From Octopus bimaculoides (taxonomy: Eukaryota), in the NCBI RefSeq assembly GCF_001194135.2, contig NC_068981.1, positions 196,389,107 through 196,441,295 of the forward strand: a stretch of 52,189 bases of DNA. Direction: 5' to 3'. The notes beneath the pieces are model-generated. The model worked only from the letters and a program-made list of their open reading frames with translations, was not told the origin of the DNA and did no database searches. Position numbers and translations under genes: made by a program. Every line of letters begins with the position of its first letter. Position 1 is the stretch's first letter. Positions 44,418 through 52,189 of the stretch are shown here, piece by piece.

Positions 44418-46510
44418 TGTTTCTTTATTAGCCACACAGGGTTGAACACAGAGGGGACAAATAACAAAGTAGAGCTTTTCTTTTTGGGGAGAAAAAAAAA
44501 GGGGGAGTAGGTTTTCGATCAAAAAGGATCGTAAAAAAAAACGATCAATAGGGATTGTGTCATGATGTTAAGTGTAAAGGGGGAAACATAAGGTTTATCC
44601 GTGGAAAGAAAAGCCTACGGAAAAGACCACGGTAACCTCGGTCAATAATGTCACATGTTGGCACATTTATTTGCAAGTAAGTAACTCTCTGTTTTAAATT
44701 TTTTTCCGGGTTCATAGGATCATGCTCAAGGTGGCTTCGTCATTTATACGTGCCATCCTTGCTACATTCACCCATCTTTTTTTTTGTTTTTTTTTTAAAC
44801 ATTCGCTAGACAAAACTTGCCTCTCTACTCTCACTTTCCTTTTCAAGTGATACTTGAAAAAGTTGATGAGAGAGGAAAGTGTCCAGAGAAGAAAGTGTCT
44901 AGAGAGGAAAGTGTCTGTCTCTAATCCTTTCAGACGCGTCCACCAGATACATTCTTTCGCCACAGCCACAAGAATGATAAAAATAGCTCTTCCTTCCCGT
45001 TTGAAGGAAGGAGGCGTGACGATATTGACGATAGACTCGGTTGATAAACCGACTCGTCCCACACGTGACAGCAGTCGTTCGACATAAGCCCACAGGTCGG
45101 AAATGGTTGGACATTGCACGAGTGCGTGCAAAACGGTTTCGTCGCTCTGACCGCATCTCGGGCAGGTCGGCTCCATGTTTCTCGAACCATGTCGGTAGAG
45201 CTTATCCCGAATGGGTAGCGCTTCTCGGTAGCACTTCCAGGCTAGGGATCTCTGGAAGTTATCCATANNNNNNNNNNNNNNNNNNNNNNNNNNNNNNNNN
45301 NNNNNNNNNNNNNNNNNNNNNNNNNNNNNNNNNNNNNNNNNNNNNNNNNNNNNNNNNNNNNNNNNNNNNNNNNNNNNNNNNNNNNNNNNNNNNNNNNNNN
45401 NNNNNNNNNNNNNNNNNNNNNNNNNNNNNNNNNNNNNNNNNNNNNNNNNNNNNACTCGTGGTGCCATTCGCCTAGCCTAGGTCTCTTCTTGATCCACGAC
45501 TGCAGCTCGGTCATGAAGACGAACTGCGGGAAAGCGCGCCGCACAAACGGCGACCACACCTGCTCACCGTCGTCTACGTAGAGGCGGAGATGTCGCAGTC
45601 TCAGCGCGCATCATCAACCACGGCATGCCCAGCCCTCCTTTCAGCGGGTGTTGGCAGCAAACGGATCGCCTGACCATCGGAACGCTTCCTTTCTACAAGA
45701 AGCGGAAGAGGATGCGCTCCAGCTTGGTGATGGTAGGGTCGGGACAAGGCACGACAGTCAAGCGGTAGTTGATGACGGACGCGATATACGCGTTCGCTAC
45801 CTCCGCCCGACCTTTTAGGGACAGCTTCTTCTCGGCTCATTGCCGGCAGAGAGTGGCCACCCTAGCCGTTATCTCGTCCCAGTTCTTCTCTGTTTGCAGT
45901 TCTGGACCGAACCAGACTCCGAGCAACTTGACTGGCCCGTCCGTCCAGCGTCCCACTACTGAGGTGCTGCCGGACGGCATGGGCTTGCTTCTGCAGGTGC
46001 CGAGCCGCAAGCCCACCGACTTTTTTCGGTTGATTTTCGCTCCGCTTTGTAGTCTTTCAGCGTCTCGCCGACCAGCTTGATGTGCTCGTGGCTAGACGTT
46101 ATGACGGTGACGTCGTCCGCACAAGCGGACACGCTCGTCTGCACCCTAGTTCTCGCGGGATGCCCCCTCAGCATCCACAGCTTTCGCAGTAGTAGCTCGA
46201 GAGTCAATACGTAGAGAAGCGACGAGAGGGGGAATCCCTGACGGACCGAACGGGCAATGTCGAAGGGTCTTGACAGATGCCCGTTCACGCGAATTACCGA
46301 ATGGATACCTCTTTACAAGGCAGTCATCCAGCCGCGGAAGACGGGACCAAAACCGGCTGTTATGAGGACAGCCTCGAAGTATCGATGGTCTGCCTTATCG
46401 AAAGCTTTCGATTGATGTAAATTGATCAGGGCCTCATCCATGCCAGGTTCCTTAACTACCCTAGCTACGATGTAGTGCATCAGATGGAGGTTGTCATGGA
46501 TGCTCCGGCA
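44416..46510 (-). mobile_element. Tx1/L1-clade LINE, 5'-truncated ORF2 pseudogene with 3' UTR
   Basis: ALINLHQSKAFDK, RSVRQGFPLSSLLY, ACADDVTV RT motifs; CPRCGQSDETVLHALVQC zinc finger; AATAAA at 44429-44424, then (ATCT)n. Confidence 0.9.
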
Positions 46511-46773
46511 TTTTTCATGATAAGAGTGAACATCTACATTGCCATAGTGAAAGAATTTGAGAAAAGAAAGTTTGAATTACAGATGCCAGCTAAATATAGG
46601 AAATTTTCAATAATCAATCGCCAATGGAAACAAAAGCCAATCACATCGATAACCTCAGTGAATCGATATTTTCTACTCTATTACATATGTGCAACTCTAC
46701 CGTGTGTGGATTTAACACACGATAATACTCCTCTGTAGATTAAGATACAGGGTCAGTACACAGTACGTTCCTG

Positions 46774-46836
<63 letters not shown>

Positions 46837-47319
46837 NNNNNNNNNNNNNNNNNNNNNNNNNNNNNNNNNNNNNNNNNNNNNNNNNNNNNNNNNNNNNNNN
46901 NNNNNNNNNNNNNNNNNNNNNNNNNNNNNNNNNNNNNNNNNNNNNNNNNNNNNNNNNNNNNNNNNNNNNNNNNNNNNNNNNNNNNNNNNNNNNNNNNNNN
47001 NNNNNNNNNNNNNNNNNNNNNNNNNNNNNNNNNNNNNNNNNNNNNNNNNNNNNNNNNNNNNNNNNNNNNNNNNNNNNNNNNNNNNNNNNNNNNNNNNNNN
47101 NNNNNNNNNNNNNNNNNNNNNNNNNNNNNNNNNNNNNNNNNNNNNNNNNNNNNNNNNNNNNNNNNNNNNNNNNNNNNNNNNNNNNNNNNNNNNNNNNNNN
47201 NNNNNNNNNNNNNNNNNNNNNNNNNNNNNNNNNNNNNNNNNNNNNNNNNNNNNNNNNNNNNTATATATATATATGCATATATATATATGCATATATATGT
47301 ATATGTTTATATTCTTTTA

Positions 47320-47570
47320 TACTTTCACTTGTTTCAGTCATATGACTGCGGCCATGCTGGAGCAGCGCCCTTAGTCGGGGACGTAAACACACCAACAACA
47401 TGTCAAGCGATGGTGAGGAGGAGAAACACAGACACACAGATACAAACATATATATATATATATATATACATATATACATATATACGACGGACTTTTTTCA
47501 GTTTCCGTCTATCAAATCCACTCACAAGGCTTTGGACTGCCCGCCGAAGCTACAGTAGAAGACACTTACT
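47320..47570 (-). mobile_element. SINE family A lacking its head
   Basis: tcacttgtttcagtcatatgactgcggccatgctggagc...gtagaagacactt. Confidence 0.85.
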
Positions 47571-47580
47571 CATATATATA

Positions 47581-47915
47581 TGAGACACCCTTCGGTCATG
47601 AATGACCATGGGATTGCATCTAGAAAGTTACCCTCCAAGGCACAAGTCCGGGCAAGGTTGTTTGTGGAAGACCAACAAACTCCCATGCATACCATCCTCC
47701 CCTCTCCACGCCACCGATGTTATCCAAGGGAAAGACAAAGGTCGATACAGCTTGGCACCATTGATGTTGCAATTCATTTCTACAGCCGAGTGAACTGGAG
47801 CAACGTGAAATAAAGTGTCTTGCTCAAGAACACAATATGCAGCCCGGTCCGGGAATCGAACTCACAACCTTACGATAGTAAGCCCGACGTGCTATCCACT
47901 GAGCCATGCGCCTTC
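47581..47915 (-). mobile_element. tRNA-derived SINE family E
   Basis: Minus-strand head gaaggcgcatggctcagtggatag, B box gagttcgattccc, central ttgagcaagacactttatttcacgttgctccag (V/Meta-domain-like). Confidence 0.88.
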
Positions 47916-48069
47916 GTACATATATGTACATATTACATATATGTGTGTACATTGCTTCTCTCCGCTATTTTGGGGGCAGATTGAATTTAGGGAAAAAATA
48001 CTTAAAGCCTACTACAATCTAGAGTGGCAGAAGAAAATAATTGGAGTCAAGGAAGAGGAATAGTGATAT

Positions 48070-49350
48070 AGTTACATTCATTTTTAGCGATCAGTTCAAA
48101 AGATCAAGCATAGACGTGAGAACAGGCACTGCAAAGTTGTTGGGCGCAATGTGCTTGTTTGCTGAGAGTTCAGGCAATCATATTCTTTTTACCTTTTTGA
48201 GGAACTTATTCTGCCTCCTCTCCTTATCGATGGGTCCGTCATATCTGACATCATCCTCCTGTTTAAGTTATCTCCATCATTGCTCAGAGAGTAGAGACTA
48301 CCTAGGTGGTTAGCGTTTAGTGTTTGGGATGAGGGCACGAGTCTGCTAAATTTACCTCCAAAAGTGCACATTTGAACTCACCAAATTTCATTGCAGAGTC
48401 TTTAAAGAATTAGGTTATGAGATCCAGCTGATTTTTGATGTGATTAATATTAGATCCATACAGCTTCAGATCATCAACGCAGAAAGGCTGAGAGACGTTG
48501 TTGGACCCATTACTGTGGCTGCTGTGGTTTGTGATTAGGTATGACAGGGGTTTCAGTCAGAGTACAAAGAGTAACACTGACAAGTTATCACCTTGAAGGA
48601 TGCCTTTTTCGTAATGTATAGAGTCAAATCTGATGCCTTCATTTTCGCCTTTAAGGAATAAGGAGGTGTATTAGTTCTTTTTTTGGTTAGGTGGTGGATG
48701 GCAACAAGCGATGGTGGTACTTTGGTTAATTGTAGTGCCTTAATAATCCACCCATGTAGTATACTATCAAAGGCTCTTCTGGTTCTCCAGCCATACCATA
48801 GCCAAGTTTTGGGGATTCTTTTATTGCAGTCTCTTGTCTCATTTTGTTAACTAGATGTTGAAAAAATCCCCGCCTTTCTTTCCTCCAGCTCCTTCTGTGG
48901 TTACAATATTGTTCGTAGCACAATGGTTCTGTCGAAACAAAGTGAGGCAGACAAATTACATCTTATACACGATGTGTTGACTGGATATTGAGTGGTGGTA
49001 GTTTCTAGCTTCGGTGGTTTGGTTATTTGGTGGATGAGAAGAGTGGTGGCTGTTAACAGCCATGTGAGTATGTTTTAATGTGACCATGATACTCTTCTCA
49101 AACGATCCTATTAAATCTCAACGAAGTTCAGATTTTTAAACCAATATCCTGGAATAAGATCTGGGTCTGTGAATTTCCTGTTTGGTGGTTTTCTCAGGAC
49201 TGCTTCATGCACTGCACCGTCGATATCATTGAGTTTCTGCTTAACATGTTTGTAGTATCCCTGTTCTAACTCCTCACTTTAGTCAGCTTTTTGTTGAATT
49301 CGTTGTCCCTGTCTCAAAAATGATTTACAAATTGTTCTGTTAACAGAATG
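48070..49350 (-). pseudogene. R4/Dong-like LINE RT region, decayed
   Basis: KGILQGDNLSVLLFVL*LKPLS and CVDDLKLYGSN...MKFGEFKCA motifs on the minus strand. Confidence 0.75.
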
Positions 49351-49614
49351 TTTTTTTTTTATTTACCGATATTATATTTTTGATGCGTTAGACTGGTTTG
49401 GGATCTCTAGCAAATATATTCAGAGTTTGAACTCAAAGCCATTCGGTTGGGGAAGTAAGCTTCTTACCATACATCTAAATACACCCACACATATGAATAG
49501 AACAGATAAGAGACGTGAGGGGACAGAATAGATGTCTACTCCATTCGTTTACGGTTGTTTCATAATGTTGCTATATATATCATAGTTAAATATTACATCA
49601 TCATCTGCACATAC

Positions 49615-50132
49615 AATGTGTTGTGCAGCTCCCGGCGAAGAATTTTTGTGGAAAATGGGTTCTCGAGGTGGTCATTAAGCTCTGCAGTAATTTTGGGAGC
49701 TGTACTTTTGTGATCCTTTCTAACAATTCGCGTAAGAGTCCGACGGTCCCTATCTGAAAGTTTTGGTATTCTTCTGGAATTTTGTTTCAACGAAGAGGTT
49801 TCCCCTCTTTCTCAAAAGGCTGTCATTACTTTCAAGACAGTACTTCTTGGTACACCCAACATTTCGGCTATTTTCGTAACGCTAGTGCCTGCCATACGAG
49901 CACCAACAATTTGATCTCTTTGAAAGTCCGATAGATCTGTCATTTTAAAGAATTTTTAATTACCTTTTTCTGATGATACCTGAAAAGAAAAAGTAATTTT
50001 AGCAAAACATATTAAGCAGCACTAATAATAGATAAATAAACATAAAAATAAACAAGCTTTTGACGGTTTTATAGAAATTTCAAAATTATGATACTATGAT
50101 GCTAAGTGTTTCCATTATGTTTGTCCAACCTC

Positions 50133-50134
<2 letters not shown>
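49615..50134 (-). mobile_element. Tc1-like element, 5' part
   Basis: TIR-like CAGAGGTTGGACAAA...GGAAACAC at 50134; ATG at 49943 gives MTDLSDFQRDQIVGARMAG...LSDRDRRTLTRIV (Tc1 paired-like HTH). Confidence 0.85.
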
Positions 50135-50168
<34 letters not shown>

Positions 50169-50299
50169 CGTGTGTGTGTGTGTGTGTGTGTGTGTCTATA
50201 CATATATACGTATGTGTGTGTGTGTGTGTGCATATATGCATACAGAGTGTGAATATATATATATATACGCACACACACATATATATACATACATATACA

Positions 50300-51167
50300 C
50301 AGGGTGCGATGGGTAAACTTTCACCATTTTATAATTTTACTTTCACGCATGGGCATTGTTGGTTTTTGATTTTCGAATACACAGTGTAGTAGGGTCCCTT
50401 GGGCACCGTCTGTGAGAAAAACAGCACCTTGTCGTAATTCACTCTGCCACAAATTTGGAAACATGCTGTACTGCTTGGCATTCGCGCTGAAAGCTCCAGT
50501 ATGGACATTTTAGAGTGTTTGAGTGCCAATCTGAGGACATGTACGGAGAGTGATAAAAATCAAACGTCCAGTCAACATCATGGTGTTTGGAGTGGTCACT
50601 ACTGATGGTGACGTTATGCCTCCATTCATCTTCCCACACGGCCTGAGACACGACACGGAAGCCTACATCAAATGCCTGGAGGAAATAGCCTGCCCCGAGT
50701 CAAGAAAGTGGCTGCTGAAAGACCCTGTTTCGGACAACTGGACTCTGCACCATGTCATACAAGCAGGAGAACCCCGTTATGACTGTCAGACAATTTCTGC
50801 GACCACATCACCCCTAACATTTAGCCACCTAGCTCCCCAGACTGAAACCCCTTTGGTTATTATGTGTGGGGCGCAGTTGAGCGAGAGACCAACAAAACTC
50901 GTTGTGACACCAAAAATGAACTGAAGGCAAGGATTATGGCAGCATTCACCAACTTAAACAAGGAGACCGTCCAGAAGAGTTGCAGGAGAATCCGAAGTCG
51001 TCTGGATGCCATGGCTGAAGCCAATGGCGATTTTACTGAATAAATTTACTCTTTATTATTTCAAGATATTTTTGTGTAATTTCGGTAAATATATCTGTTA
51101 AAATGAGATGTCAGTGTTATTTTCGTTTTTTGCGTTCTTTAGACGACAATTTATTCACCGTACCCTC
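50300..51167 (+). mobile_element. Tc1/mariner-superfamily element, internally deleted
   Basis: Degenerate TIRs cagggtgcgatgggtaaa / tttattcaccgtaccctc; IMVFGVVTTDGDVMPPFIFP...DSAPCHTS...YVWGAVER...ELKARI. Confidence 0.82.
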
Positions 51168-51445
51168 AGATGTACATATGCATGCAAGCGTATGTGTGTG
51201 TGTGTGNNNNNNNNNNNNNNNNNNNNNNNNNNNNNNNNNNNNNNNNNNNNNNNNNNNNNNNNNNNNNNNNNNNNNNNNNNNNNNNNNNNNNNNNNNNNNN
51301 NNNNNNNNNNNNNNNNNNNNNNNNNNNNNNNNNNNNNNNNNNNNNNNNNNNNTATATATACACACACACTCACTCACGTACACGTATCTGCAGGTCTGAG
51401 AACTACTTGGGGTGTGTACATATGCATGCAAGCGTATGTGTGTGT

Positions 51446-51481
<36 letters not shown>

Positions 51482-51565
51482 GTGCGCGTATGTGTGAGAG
51501 AGAGAGTGTGTGTGAGTGAATGTGTGTGAGAATGAGTTGGAGCGTGTGTATGGATATGAAAGTAT

Positions 51566-51618
51566 ATGAATCTATGTAGGTATGTATATATATATGTATG
51601 TATATATATATGTATGTT

Positions 51619-51705
<87 letters not shown>

Positions 51706-52120
51706 TTATTTATATGTATGCGTATGTGTGTGTATTGTTGTGCTTATGCGAGCATATATATATATACACACACACACACACATATATATTATATTATATT
51801 ATATTATATTATATTATATTATATTATATTATATGTTATATATGTTTGCATATACAAGAGCGATTGTATCTTGTCCTGTTATAATGTATGCACATCGCTG
51901 TGTGTGGTAGTAAGTGGGTGTATACAATTATTGTGAATTAATTACACCTATATACCTACAGCACACCCAGTCTCTTAATAACAAGTTTTAGTTAAATTAT
52001 TAATTTAATCCTATCACTGGTGATTCATTAACTCAATCTAATTTCTTTCTGAAAAATCTTTATCTCCGTAGATTAGATCTGTTAATTAACTGATATCAAC
52101 ATGCAATTGTAAACTTCATG

Positions 52121-52189
<69 letters not shown>
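51566..52189. repeat. (TA)n, (TATAT)n and (TG)n microsatellites
   Basis: Seen directly. Confidence 0.95.

Larger units (their letters stand above)
471..51352. other. Assembly gaps: 21 N runs (~7 kb total), mostly abutting microsatellites
   Basis: N runs seen directly, e.g. 5881-6576, 8104-8656, 9519-10306, 20507-21191, 22431-23419, 32360-33172, 36447-37058; most are flanked by (TA)n, (TG)n, (GA)n or (AAT)n. Confidence 0.98.

Noticed and set aside
241-52189. Most entries in the ORF track (poly-YI, HT, CV, ER, X runs)
   Set aside because: They are translations of microsatellites or read through N gaps; no coding signal.

Overview
Animal genomic DNA saturated with microsatellites and transposons, with about 7 kb (~13%) of assembly N gaps. 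The repeat spectrum (tRNA-derived SINEs with internal microsatellites, Nin-domain SINE, R4/Dong, CR1, RTE, Tx1, Penelope, mariner/Tc1) suggests an octopus genome; this is inference from repeat content, not a database match. No intact host protein-coding gene is supportable. All protein-like ORFs are decayed transposon fragments, so the window is probably intronic or intergenic, with one weak promoter/first-exon-like island at ~27.0-29.1 kb. The most interesting signal is a set of minimal type-I hammerhead ribozyme (HHR)-like motifs from several unrelated Penelope-like families. Two sit inside ~190-210 bp non-coding units bracketed by ~31-bp inverted repeats (7423-7635, 34714-34901). A five-copy family has a non-canonical core, and one of its copies lies downstream of a GIY-YIG endonuclease ORF. 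Also notable are a pre-miRNA-like hairpin (891-968), an 8-bp-TSD MITE with opposed telomeric repeats, several foldback elements, SINE module swapping, and Dong-like LINE 3' ends embedded in a (TAA)n array. All coordinates were read by eye; fragment boundaries are approximate.
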